Of a stretch of DNA of 64,000 nt, positions 36,817 through 49,330 are shown in pieces. This stretch comes from Octopus sinensis. Its lineage: Eukaryota. Each line of letters begins with the position of its first letter. Positions within the stretch are counted from its first letter, which is position 1. Below the pieces are notes generated by a model, which was not told the origin of the DNA, ran no database searches, and was given only the letters and a program-made list of their open reading frames with translations. Both the position numbers and the translations under genes were made by a program. The stretch covers positions 186,682,001 to 186,746,000 of the forward strand of contig NC_042997.1 of NCBI RefSeq assembly GCF_006345805.1, given 5' to 3'.

Positions 36817-38028
36817 ACATAAATAAAAGGTGAAAAATAATAAAAAGAAAATCATGAATGATAGTAAATAAAAGGGAACTTGAAAAAAAATCAAATATAG
36901 TTGAAGAATGTATTTTTAAAATAACATAGAAAAGTTGATATTTGTTTTTTGTTTTTTTTTATATATACATTTATTTTCATGTATATACATTTTATAACAA
37001 AAATTTGCAAAGAAAAGTTAGTTTATGCTAATGCATTTTATTTTTTATTTATTTTATTAATTTATCTGGGTTTTTTTTTTAAGTTAAAAATTTTTTTTTT
37101 AACTCTCAAAAATTTGAAGGCGTAAAAGAATGATAATAGTTATCCTACCATCCTTGTCCTCAGTTGTTGAAGTTTATGGAATTCTGACAGTCTATGAATG
37201 TTTGAATATTTCTGAATTCATATTGATAATCAAAAGGGTTAAATGATGGCTTCCCCGCTAAAAATGAGTCAGCAGAATTTGTAATGTTAATAATTTGAGT
37301 TATTCTTGCCCTTCATCATCATATACGAATTTTGCTTCCATTTGATCAAAACCAAGGCACAGCCTCTCAAGGGAAGTTTTACATTTAGAATATAGAAAAG
37401 ATTTAGTTTAAAAAAAAGGTGGATTTCACATGCTTTTTACACAGTCAGATATTCAAAAAAAAAAAATCTTGTGTTTATAAATTCTTCAGCTCAAATTCTC
37501 ACATCAAACAAGTCAGTGTCGGACAGAGACTAAACTGAATCAAAGCAATATTTGGTCCACCCATCAACGAGGAGAGTAGTGTTTGAAGGATTGATTTTTC
37601 AAGTTATTTTGGTGTGTTTTGATTCAAAGAGTTATTTGATCACGTCTTCCTTTGCATTCTTTACCAATGTAAAAAAAAAAAGAAAGAAGAAAGAAAATAA
37701 AAAAAATTGATTTCAACTTTAATGTTAATGAGCCCCGATAATTAACTTCAATGCAGCGAAATCACTCTCGTCACAGCTTCTATTTTTCCCAAACATGTTA
37801 ATGATCTTTAATGATTAGCCACAAGCTAAAATAATCCCTATCATCATTATCATATTTTCGTTTTGCTTCTTGGTTTGTGTGTGTGTGAGTGTAACTTCTG
37901 TAACGGTTTCTTATGTACTTTTCATGTCCCTGTAATGAGCTTTCATAATTAGCTTTCAACTAAAATTTATCTATATATGTATTATATACCTATCAATCTA
38001 TCTACCTAGCTAGCTTTCCATATATGAT

Positions 38029-38414
38029 GGATGGAAGCACTCCGTCGGTTACGACGACGAGGGTTCCGGTTGATCCAAATCAACGGAACAGCCTGCTCGT
38101 GAAATTAACGTGTAAGTGGCTGAGCACTCCACAGACACGTGTACCCTTAACGTAGTTCTCGGGGATATTCAGCGTGACACAGAGAGTGACAAGGCCGGCC
38201 CTTTGAAATACAGGTACAACAGAAACAGGAAGTAAGAGTGAGAGAAAGTTGTGGTGAAAGAGTACAGCAGGGATCACCACCATCCCCTGCCAGAGCCTCG
38301 TGGAGCTTTAGGTGTTTTCGCTCAATAAACACTCACAACGCCCGGTCTGGGAATCGAAACCGCGATCCTATGACCGCGAGTCCGCTGCCCTAACCACTGG
38401 GCCATTGCGCCTCC
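38029..38414 (-). mobile_element. tRNA-headed SINE, full length (octopus OR-type by recall)
   Basis: Head GGAGGCGCAATGGCCCAGTGGTTAGGGCAGCGGACTCGCGGTC...GGTTTCGATTCCC; CpGs retained, so it is young. Relatives at 45640-45950 (+) and 46995-47195 (-). Confidence 0.8.
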
Positions 38415-38443
38415 TTTCCATATATATATATATATATATATAT

Positions 38444-38838
38444 AGGCACAGGAGTGGCTGTGTGGTAAGAAGCTTGCTTCCCAACCACATAGTTACCGGG
38501 TTCTGTCCCACTGCATGGCACCTTGGGCAAGTGTCTTCTACTATAGTCTCCAACTGACCAAAGCCTTGTGAGTGGATTTGGTAGACGGAAACTGAAAAAT
38601 GCCCATCGGATATATATATGTATGTGTGTGTGTGTATGTATGTGTTTGTGTGTCTGTGTTTGTCCCCCCCCCCCCACACTTCGCTTGACAACCAATGCTG
38701 GTGTGCTTATGTCCTCATAACTTAGCGGTTTGGCAAAAGAGACCGATAGAATAAGTACTAGGGTTGATTTGTTCAACTAAAGGCGGTGCTCCAGCATGGC
38801 TGCAGTCAAATGACCGAAACAAATAAAAGAATGAAAGT
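38444..38838 (+). mobile_element. SINE S2, full length
   Basis: As for the 27669-28074 copy. Confidence 0.85.
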
Positions 38839-38875
38839 AAAGAAAAAGTATATATATATATACACTTATATATAT

Positions 38876-39063
38876 GGGGAGAATTCATGAAAATAACAAA
38901 AGACGAAGACAGGCAGTGTAGAAAACAAACAGATGTATAAGTATAACACTCGGGAATTGAAAAAGTCTTTAACGTTTCAAGCCTACGCTCTTCTACAGAA
39001 AGGAGCACAGAAAGAAACAAGGGGAGAAAAAAATGTATGTAGTGGCAACCGATCTATCATGGC
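38876..39063 (-). mobile_element. Penelope-type non-coding repeat H1
   Basis: Complete unit from GCCATGATAGATCG to GAATTCTCCC on the minus strand. Confidence 0.7.
38967..39002 (-). ncRNA. Minimal type I hammerhead-like motif (H1)
   Basis: CUUU CUGUAGA A GAGC GUAG GCUU GAAAC GUU AAAG; all stems pair. Confidence 0.65.
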
Positions 39064-39082
39064 AAAAAAATATATATATATA

Positions 39083-39598
39083 CACACAGACATGAAAGAA
39101 GTAAATAGACACCCTTATAATCATTAAAATTTAAATAAATCTGAAATTATACATTCAAATTATTTGTTTGTTGTTATGATGTGGACATTTAATATTTAGT
39201 AGACATGCTCTTTGCATTTTTCAATGCAAGGGCCCTTTTAGGCATGTTATTGATCAAATGGTGAACATTCTCTTGTGGAATTTCTTGCTAAGTTTCCTGC
39301 AATAATCTCAAAAGATCTGGCTTTGAAGATGCTTTCTTGTTCTGTTTATGAAATGTCCTGTCCATTATACTCCAGAGGTGTTCAATAGGCTTCATATCTG
39401 GTGACTGGCTGGGCTATGGAAGCTTTCTAATAACCATTCTTTTCCAACAAATCTTGGATCATTTTAACCGTGCGACAAGGAATCCCATCTTCCATAAATA
39501 GAGAATCTTCTTTAATCATTTCACCACTAGAGAAGTTTGGAAGGAGTCGCTCCCGCAATATGGACACATATATTTGAGTTTATCTTTCCTTCGCACTG
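39083..39598 (-). pseudogene. Tc1 transposase 3' relic (DD34E region) with terminal sequence
   Basis: YVSILRERLLP...FMEDGIPC...SQSPDMKPIEHLW...NNMPKRALALKNAKSMSTKY*, with stops and frameshifts. Confidence 0.85.
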
Positions 39599-40429
39599 GG
39601 GAAAGTCCTGGGGTCGATTTGCTTGACTAAAGGCGGTGCTCCAGCATGGCCGCAGTCAAAATGACTGAAACAAGTAAAAGAGAGTAAAAGCGAGCTGACT
39701 AAACTTGAGCAGCTAAATCTTGCTCAAGAACTAAATCTTGCTCAAGAACACAATGCACTGCCAGCTCCAGGAATCAAACTCACTACCTCATGATTGTGAA
39801 CCCGCTGGCCTAAATCCTACAGAGCAGTGCTCAGCCATGGTTACAGTCCAATGAGTGAAACAAGTGCATAAGAGAGTGAGGTATGGGTTGAGTTGGGGTT
39901 GATTTGACTGCTATTTCTGGTACGTTGAACAAGTACATGAAGGACCCTCTCTCCCACTTCTCATTGGTTCAAAAAACAAACAAAAAAAATTTAACCCATG
40001 GCATGTGTGTCCTTGTGGTGTCCCAGTGACCCAATAAATCATGGACTACATCAACCATATATGGTAGAGAGTATTAGGTGTTACAATACAGGTAGGAGGA
40101 GGGGGAAATAAACCCAGGAGACCTGGAAGTCAGGTTTTTGGAGGGAAGTGATGGAATAAAGCTGGTTGAGGGAAGGAGAGAGAGAGAGTGGGGGAAGAGA
40201 GATATATCTTGGAATTAGAGGAAAGGGGTTGTTAGAGATGACCTATCCATAAAAATGCTGCCGAAAAGGGCCTCCCACCACTAAGGAAATAATTAAGACG
40301 TAGGCTGAAAGAAATAGGGGACAGTAATTTCGGTGGACATGTCAATCAAAGTCTAGTCTGGAGGAAGGAATGTTGAATATTAAATAAAAGAAAATTGGAG
40401 ACAATGACAAGTAGCAACAATAAAAACTA

Positions 40430-41070
40430 ATGATGGTGAATGTTGTGGTGGTGTTGGTTGTGGTGTTGGTGGTGGTGATGGTGGTGGTGGTGGTGGTGGT
40501 GGTGGTGGTGGTGGTGGTGGTGGTTATGGTAGTGGTGGTGGGTGATAGTGTTAGTGATGGTGGTGGTGGTGGTGGTGGTGGTGGTGGTGGTGGTGGTGGT
40601 GGTGGTGGTGGTGTGGTGGTGGTGGTGGTGGTTATGGTAGTGGTGGTGGGTGATAGTGTTAGTGATGGTAGTGGTGGTGGTGGTGGTAGTGGTGGTGGTG
40701 GTGGTGGTGGTGGTGGTGGTGGTGGTGGTGGTGGTGGTGGTGGGTGGTGGTGGTGGTGGTGATGATGATTATGAAAGGAGGAAGGAGAAAGAGGATGTGA
40801 TAATAAAGATAGTGATGACAAGGAAGAAGACAGTGTCATTAGTAGTGATGGTGGTAGTGGTGGTGGTGGTGGTGCTGGTGCTGGTGCTGGTACTGCTGAT
40901 GCAAGTGATGGTGATGTTGGTGATGGTAGTGGTGGTGGTGGTAGTGCTACTGATGATGTTGATGATGATGATGATAATGCCAGTGGCAATAACCAGTGAT
41001 GGTGAAAATGGCACACAACAATGATGATGATGATGATAATGGCAACAATGATGATGATGATCATGATCAT
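40430..41070. repeat. (GGT)n-rich triplet array
   Basis: Read directly. Confidence 0.95.
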
Positions 41071-41489
41071 GAAGGAGGAGGAAAGGGATAATGACAATAA
41101 TGTTGCTGATGATAATAATGTTTTCAAATTTTGGCACAAGGCCAGCAATTTCAATGTGGAAAGCCTAAGCTAATTACATCAACCCCAGTGCTCAACTAGT
41201 ATTTATCTTATTGATCCTGAAAGGATAAAAGGTAAAGTTGACCCCAGCAGAATTTGAACTCGAAATGTAAAGACAGACGGGATGCTATTAAGCAATTTTA
41301 CCCAGTCTGCTAACAGTTCTGCTAGCTCGCCACCTTATTAATAATAACAGTAGTGAAAACTTTGACGGTGGGAGGGGAATTTTTTATGAAAGAAAATGAA
41401 CCAAGATCTTGTGGTTAGGTCTCAGTTCTGGAGACAGTTCTGAAGATGCAGAATCAACTCAAGTCATTGTGATGATCAAACTATCACTT

Positions 41490-41964
41490 CACATTCTCGT
41501 TCACAGTTCCAGCAGATTCAAATGCAAATATGCTAGTCATTGCTGTGTATGTCACAGGAGAGCAGTTTCTCCCTTTTACAACACTGTACTCATAATACTC
41601 TCCAAGAATCTCTTGCGCCAGTGAGCTGAATGCTTGTATATTCTTTTATTCCTCTATTTGTTTCAGTCATTTGACTGTGGCTATGCTGGAGCACCATCTT
41701 TAGTTAAACAAATCGACCCCAGGACTCATTTTTTGTAACCCTAGTACTTATTCTATTTATCTCTTTTACCAAACTGCTAAGTTACAAGGATGTAAACACA
41801 CCAGCATCAGTTGTCAAGCAATGGAGGGGGGACAAACGCAGACCTCAAAAACGTATACACATATGTATATGTGCAGGAGTGGCTGTGTGGTAAGTAGCTT
41901 GCTTACCGACCACATGTGAATGGATTTGGTATACGGAAACTGAAAGAAGCCTGTCGTATATATG

Positions 41965-41995
<31 letters not shown>

Positions 41996-43880
41996 CTTTG
42001 TGTGTTTGTGTTTGTCCCCCCAACATCGCTTGACAATCAATGGTGGTATGTTTACAGCCCCTTAACTTGGTGGTTCGACAAAAAGACCGATAGAATAAGT
42101 ACTAAGCTTACAAAGAATAAGTCCTGGGGTCGGTTTGCTCAACTAAAGGTGGTGTTCCATCATGCCCACAGTCAAATGACTGAAACAAGTAAAAGAGTAA
42201 AGAGAATAGTCGTTGTTATTTACCAGACAGGAGAATGATTTTCTTTTTTCTATGATGAACAATAATGTCCATAACACATTTGACTCAATGGTACAACAAA
42301 TTCTGGGACACCTGTATTTTAATATGTTGTGTTTCATAAACCAGAAGTACCCAGACCCTTTGAGCCTAAAAAAGCTGCTGATTTTGTTTTTAATTTCAGC
42401 AAATGACTTCTTTGCTTCTCATTCTCTGGATTAGATAAAATACAAACCAATCTTTCAATACAGTCGATGTAATCGACTAATCTCCTCCCTGAAAAATGAT
42501 TGTCTGCTCTTCATCGTAATTAATTCAAATATTCAGTGCTTATAGCTACCAGCTGATGAAAAAAACAAACTGTTATTTGCACTCTGTTCAGTGATATCTG
42601 AAATGATGAAATATAATTATTCTTGATATCTTCCAGCAGGTTCAAATACCAATATGCCAGTTGTTATGTACCACACAGGAAGAACAGTTGTTTTTTTCTT
42701 TTTGGGGCAACGGATTCTGGATCATGTGTTTCAATATATTGTGTTTCATAAACCAGAAGTACCCAAACCCTTTGAGCCTAAAAAAGCTGCTGATTTTGTT
42801 TTTAATTTCAGCAAATGACTTCTTTGCTCATCAGTGTTTATAGCTACCAGTTGATGAAAAGAAAACCTGTTATTTGCACTCTGTTCAGTGATATCTGAAA
42901 TGATGAAATATAATTATTCTTGATATCTTCAAGCAGGTTCAAAAACCAATATGCTGGTTATTATGTACCACACAGGAGAACAGTTTTTTTTTTTTGCCTT
43001 TTTACAATTCACAATATATTCATAACACACTTGATTTATTGGTGCAAAGAATTCTGGATCATGTATGTTTCAATATATTGTGTTTTGTAAACCAGAAGTA
43101 CCCAGACCCTTTGAGCCTAAAAACGCTGCTGATTTTGTTTTTAATTTCAGCAAATGACTTCTTTGCTCATCAGTGCTTATAGCTACCAGCTGATGAAAAA
43201 AAAATTCTTATTTGCACTCTGTTCAGTGATATCTGAAATGATGACATATAATTATTCTTGATATCTTCCAGCAGGTTCAAATACCACACAGGAGAATAGT
43301 TTTTTTTTTCCTTTTTACAATGAACAACGTATTCATAACACACTTGATTCATTGGTGCAAGGAATTCTGGATCACGTGTGTTTCAATATATTGTGTCTTA
43401 TGAACCAGAAGTATCCAGACCCTTTGAGCCTAAACAAGCCACTGGCTTTCTTGTTGATTTTAGTAGATGAATTCTTCATTCATCAGTGCTTATAGCTACC
43501 AACCAATGAAAAACATTCGCTATTTGGACTGTGTACAGCGAAATTTAAAATGATAACTTTTATAATTACTTTTGTTATGTTTCAGCAGATTCAAATTCCT
43601 ATATGCTAGTTGCTGTTTTATATAGCAAAAGAGAACAACTTTTCCTTTTAACACCTACAATGCCTTTAGAACACACTTGGCACACTGGCACATGGGATAT
43701 TGAGAGAGTGTGTTATGAACACACTGTTATAAAAAGAAGTTGTTCTCCTGTAATGTGCACAAAAGCAACAAGCTTACTGAATTTGAATTTGTGGCAATAT
43801 ATTAACTATAAATATGCAAATTATTGTTTGATATATTCAGCTTTTCATGGCAGAACATTGCTTTCTTTGAGATGGTCAGT
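41490..43880. repeat. Degenerate ~315-340-bp tandem array (about 5-6 units) ending in an inverted unit, interrupted by SINEs
   Basis: TTAATTTCAGCAAATGACTTCTTTGC at 42390, 42802 and 43141, with a variant near 43455; partial unit at about 41500-41610; inverted unit at about 43705-43880. Confidence 0.85.
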
Positions 43881-43970
43881 GTGATGCCCTTCATTTCTAA
43901 CCTTAGTGCCAAATAAAAGAAATTGTTGATTATTATTATTATTATTGCGATTATTATTATTATTATTGCG

Positions 43971-44014
<44 letters not shown>

Positions 44015-44016
44015 CA

Positions 44017-44058
<42 letters not shown>

Positions 44059-44116
44059 TATTATTATTATGATTATCATTATTATTATTGTTGTTATTAT
44101 TATTATTATTATTATT

Positions 44117-44414
44117 CTATGTTTGACTTTTGCTTTATGTCTGTACAAGTTGGCACCAAGTCTCACCCAGAGACCTCAAGAGACAACAGGTTGGAAGTTC
44201 TGTGCCATATATTTGGGTTTTTTGGGGGGTTTTTTGGTGTTGTACTAGTGAATGTCTAATACATAAAAAAAAAATTTTTTAAATAAATAAATAAATAAAT
44301 AAATAAAAAAAGTTTGTTTTAAACCTTGGGATTACATAGAGAGTATTTTGCGTAGGATATGAGCAGTTCCCATGAGCACTGTCTTTTGAATTTCTGCCAT
44401 TTTGGGGTTTCCTG

Positions 44415-44418
<4 letters not shown>
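44117..44418 (-). mobile_element. R4/Dong-like (RLE-type) LINE 3' end with (AAT)n tail
   Basis: IPGNPKMAEIQKTVLMGTAHILRKILSM* resembles the terminal QK.VL.GTA.ILR motif of RLE elements. Confidence 0.7.
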
Positions 44419-44446
<28 letters not shown>

Positions 44447-45989
44447 CCAAAACAATTTTCATCAGGCTTAGGAAATGTGTGGAAAATTATGGCGTCAATG
44501 AGCAGAAATATGACTGATGTTGCACCAAAAGCCAATAGAATTTCATTCTCTAATAATTTCCATAAAAATTTAACAAGAGTTGCCAGTTGACACAAAATAT
44601 CTAAAAAAGAGGTACGTGCTAGATGGGGCAGTTTATGAAATTATGGATAATAAACTACTGTGCAAAAATTAACTTCTGTCTGTTTAAAATAATCTGCTAG
44701 TTTGGGGAGTGTATTGGCAAAATATGGTGGCATTTGTAAAGAACAATTTGGTGAAACAGGATGCTAAGATAGAAGAGGCTGGAAACTACTTGAACAGAAC
44801 TATGCGTATATGTTGTTCTTGATGCTGTTTGCTCCCAACTCATCTGTGATTGAGGAGAAGTATTGATTGAAGGAATTCAAGTCATAACCTGCCTTCTCTT
44901 TTTTTAATTAGATGCAAAAATCTCAGAACAACATTATTCAATGTGTCTTTTTCTAAGATGGTAGGAAGTGAATATTTAAGGAAGATTTAACCATTATTTC
45001 TCTCAGGTCAAGTGACCACATTAGAGGTTTCTTCCTTGGCTTGTATTGCATATTTGTAGCCGGGTAAACTGGCTGTTTGGGAACTAAAGTTCTGGTGACA
45101 AAATATGTGCCAGGGATGGCATATGAATTGTAAAACATTTGGTTTAGTAGCCTGATATCTGTTAAAGTGGCCAGCAAAAGCACTCATGTATCATTATCAT
45201 CATCATTGTTTAATGTCTGTTTTCCATGCTGGCATGGGTTGGATGGTTTGACAGGATCTGGTAAGCAAGAGAGCTACACCATGTTCCAGTCTAGATAAGC
45301 TTGGTTTTTACAGCTGGGTGCCCTCTTCCTAATACCAACCACTTTACAGTTTATGCTGGGTGCTTTTTATGTGACGCTTACATGTGTATGTATGTGTATC
45401 AACATCATCATCATCATTTAACGTCCGTTGTCCATGCTGGCATGGGTTGGATGGTGTGACCACAGCTGGCAAGCTGGGGTACTGCACCAGACTCCAGTCT
45501 GATTTGGCAAGGTTTCTCTGGCTGAATGCCTTTCGTAACACCAATTACCTTAGAGAGTGTGCTGGATGCTTTTATGTGACACTGAATGGGCACTTTTACA
45601 TGGCACCACACAGAAATTTTTATGTGGCACTACCATGGGTGTGGAGGTGCAATGGCCTAGTGGTTAGGGCAGCGGAATCATGGTCGTAGGATCGCGGTTT
45701 CGATTCCCAAACCTGGCATTGTGAGTGTTTATTGAGCGAAAACACCTAAAGCTCCACAAGGCTCTGGTAGGGGGTGGTGGAGATCCCTGCTGTACTCTTT
45801 CACCATAACTTTCTCCCACTCTTTCTTCTATTGGCCTGCTCGCTTACCCAGCGGGGTGGCATTATTTGAAGGCTAAAACAATGTAAAGTGCATTGTGACC
45901 AGCGATGTGTAGCAACATCTGATAGCCTGGTCGGTCACGGTGATCACGGTGACTACCATGGGTACCTTATACAACCAGAGGGATCAACT

Positions 45990-46215
45990 TTGATATTTCT
46001 GCTACAGGGAACAGGTCTTCTTCAGCACAGCCAGGTGCCTGGTATCTGGTTTCTTTGTCATCTCACCTGAAACGTTCAGCTTCCTGAGGTTGTTCTTCAG
46101 TACTTCATTCCATGTTCTCCTGGGTCTCCCACTTCTATTTATTCCATCCACTTTGAGAGTTTGGCACTTCTTTATGGAGCTGTTGGCATTCAAGGAGCTG
46201 TTGGCATCCAGCATG
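45990..46215 (-). mobile_element. RTE-clade LINE ORF C-terminal fragment
   Basis: KKCQTLKVDGINRSGRPRRTWNEVLKNNL matches the RTE G.R.RGRP..TW motif. Confidence 0.75.
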
Positions 46216-47679
46216 TATACTCAACTGATTTAGATCTAAGATATTACTGGTACATCAACTCAAATACACACACACATACACACACGCACACACACACAAC
46301 ACACACACACACACACAAACAAACACACACACACACATACATACACACACACATACACACACACAGATTCATTCATTTTATGTCTGTTTTGCATTCTAGC
46401 TTGAGATAGATGAAGGCATATCATTCAGGCATTGTTTTACAGCTTGATGTCTTCACTATTAATAACCCATACCTATTTTCCAAGGAAAGGAATTTTCATT
46501 CCATTTGTCTTTAAGAGGGTAGAACTTCTGAGTGATTTGTTGACAGAGGAATATTAACAAACATCACCACTTTTAGTTCAGTGATTTTTCACGTAAACAT
46601 TTACACTGAGACTCACATGCATACACACAAACTCACTGTGTGAAAAAAAAAAATATATATATATATATATACTTTTATATATACTCTTATATATACTCTT
46701 TTACTTGTTTCAGTCATTTTGACTGTGGCCATGCTGGAGCACCACCTTTAATCGAGCAAATCAACCCCAGGACCTATTCTTTGTAAGCCTAGTACTTATT
46801 CTATCAGTCTCTTTTACTGAACCACTAAGTTACGGGGACGTAAACACACCAGCATCGGTTATCAAGCGATGTTCAGGAACAAACACACACACACATATAT
46901 ATTTATACATATACATATATGCGACGGGGTTCTTTCAGTTTCTGTCTACCAAATCCATTCACAAGCTTTGGTTGGCCCGAGGCTATAGTAGAAGGTGAGC
47001 TGCAAGATGCAGGAGGAAAAAGTGAGAGAAAGTTGTGGCGAAAGAGTCAGCAGAAGTTTGCCATTACCATCTGCTGGAGCCACGTGGAGCTTAGGTGTTT
47101 CACTCGTAAACACACACATTGCCCGGTCTAAGATTCGAACCCGCAATCCCTCGATCGCAAGTCCGCTGCTCTAACCACTAGGCCATGTGCCTCCACTCAC
47201 TCTATGTGCTTTAGTTTCGTTACTATGGCAACAGTCCAGATACTTGTTGATCAGACCTCATACACACACACACACACATTTATATATACTTACACTTACA
47301 CACACATATTCAGAGGCACATACACACACGATCATGGATGCAAATGAAACACATGCACACAGACATACACAACCAAATGATGAAGGAATGCAACATTGAT
47401 GTCATCAAAGCTGAAATATTTTTATCGTTTGTTTTTATTTTCCCTTTATAGCTAAATATTTATAACAGACTAAATTCTGTTCCATACAGCAATCATGTGT
47501 TGAAGATTTCATTTCAAAGGGACTGTATGAGTTTAGTTGACATTTTCTGAGATTTATTTTCCACAAAATTAATCCTATTTATTCACATGTTATGACTAAA
47601 AATGTAGTATTTGTTATAAGTGTTATCATTAGTTTTATCATTATTATGATTATTATTGTTATTATTATTATTACTATTA

Positions 47680-47722
<43 letters not shown>

Positions 47723-47821
47723 CGTCGTCGTCGTCATCATCATCATCATCTTCATTACGATTGTTCTTGTTGTTGTTGACTTTGTTCTAGTTTCTATAGC
47801 ATTATATAACCAGCAACATAC

Positions 47822-47934
47822 AGTGACATTTTGATATTGTTGGGGGACTGTAGATATATATATATTGTCAGTCCAGATGAAACGACTCTGCAGCCGTAAT
47901 TGATAGCCAAACAAATCTGTTTGTTGATATGAGT
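47822..47934 (-). CDS. Candidate internal exon (113 nt, phase 1 to 0): xSYQQTDLFGYQLRLQSRFIWTDNIYISTVPQQYQNVT
   Basis: Acceptor CATTTGTAG|, donor ACT|GTATGT, open frame; continues the phase of 53505-53618. GYQLRL resembles the CUB terminal GF.L.Y strand. Confidence 0.45.
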
Positions 47935-48149
47935 CTACAAATGTGGCAAGCATTTACATTTCAACCCACTTAAAATCTGATGATTTATCTGGAAGGATCT
48001 CCTCCAGATTAACAAGATTTAAATAAATTATAATTCACTGAGAGGTCACATGATCATATGCAATCACATACAGAGTCACATGCAATCGTCCTGCACTGTC
48101 TTGCACTACACTGCATTTTATATGTATATCGACATATAGTTCAGATTTA

Positions 48150-48300
48150 CAAAAGACAAAAGATGAAGATAGGTGAGGGAACCACAAGCAGGTTTATTAG
48201 TTTGATGCTTTGGAAGAATGGAAAAGTCTTTGGTGTTTCGAGCCTATGCTCTTCAACAGAAAGGGTTGAGAAGGAAAAAGTATAGAGAAAGAAAAAAATG
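48150..48300 (-). mobile_element. Diverged H1 repeat; hammerhead at 48228-48263 with lost cleavage triplet
   Basis: CUUU CUGUUGA A GAGC AUAG GCUC GAAAC ACC AAAG. Confidence 0.55.
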
Positions 48301-48347
48301 TAGGCATTTATGGTTTATCTATATACATATATGTGTGCATGTGTATG

Positions 48348-48413
<66 letters not shown>

Positions 48414-48879
48414 AAGAAATAGAGAGAGAGAGAAAGAGAGAGAGAGAGAAAGAGAGAGGGAGGGGGAGAGAGCGAGAGAAATGCATTTATATATATATAT
48501 ATATAGATAGATAGATAGATAGATAGATAGATTGATATATACAAGTATGTTGCACCAGTACAAGTGCTTTTTATATAGCACCAGCACCAGCAACAGTGGG
48601 GTTGCCAAGTAGCTTGCAAGGCTACTAAGAGGTCTTTGTCATGCAGGTTACTTGGCAACCCTGCCAGTGCTGGTGCCACATAAAAACCACCTGTGCTAGT
48701 GTGATGTAACAAACACCCAGTACACTATTTAAAGGATTTGACATTAGGAAGAGCATCCAGCTATAGAGACCATGGCAAACAGACAACTGGATTCTGATGC
48801 AGCTCTCTGGCTCACCAGCTCTAGTCAAACTATCCAACATACGCCAGCATGGATGCTGAGATGCCCTTTGGTCATGGCT

Positions 48880-49330
48880 AACCATGGGATTGCACCTAGA
48901 AAGTTACCATCCCAGGCACAAGTCTGGGCAAGGTTGTTTATGGAAGACCAGCAGTCGCCCATGCATATGAGCCTCCCCTCTCCACACCACCAGTGTTATC
49001 CAAGGGAAAGGCAAAGGCCGATACAGCTTGGCACCTGTGATGTCGCAATTCATTTCTACAGCAGAGTGAACTGGAGCAACGTGTAATAAAGTGTCTTGCT
49101 CAAGAACACAACACGCAGCCCAGTCCAGGATTCAAACTCACAACCTCACGATCGTAAGCTCAACACTCTAACCACTGAGCCATGTACCTTCACTCATTTC
49201 TACAGCTGAGTGAACTGGAGCAACATGAAATAAAGTGTCTTGCTCAAGAACACAACACGTAGCCCGGATTTGAACTCACAACCTCACGATTGTAAGCTCG
49301 ACACTCTAACCAGTAAGCCATGCATCTTCA
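48880..49330 (-). mobile_element. tRNA-headed SINE with ~143-bp tandem duplication of its head, nested in an S1 copy
   Basis: Two CTCATTTCTACAGC...CTCTAACCA units; A(C/T)GCCAGCATGG direct repeat at both ends. Confidence 0.7.

Noticed and set aside
38340-38414. tRNA-like cloverleaf heads here and in the S4 copies
   Set aside because: They are SINE heads continuing into SINE bodies; the acceptor stems do not close, so they are not called tRNA genes.
42880-42985. CACACAGGAGAA (HTGE) and GTGATATCTG words suggesting C2H2 zinc-finger relics
   Set aside because: The spacing is about 81 nt rather than about 60, there are in-frame stops, and no C-x2-C...H-x3-H pattern.
44420-44598. Hydrophobic open frame after an acceptor (ILLAFGATSVIFLLIDAIIF), resembling a transmembrane exon
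   Set aside because: No donor before the LINE junction, the phase does not follow the 47822 exon, and AT-rich DNA often yields such peptides.
44953-45183. 76-aa non-repetitive minus-strand ORF with a possible acceptor
   Set aside because: No convincing donor and no recognisable motif.
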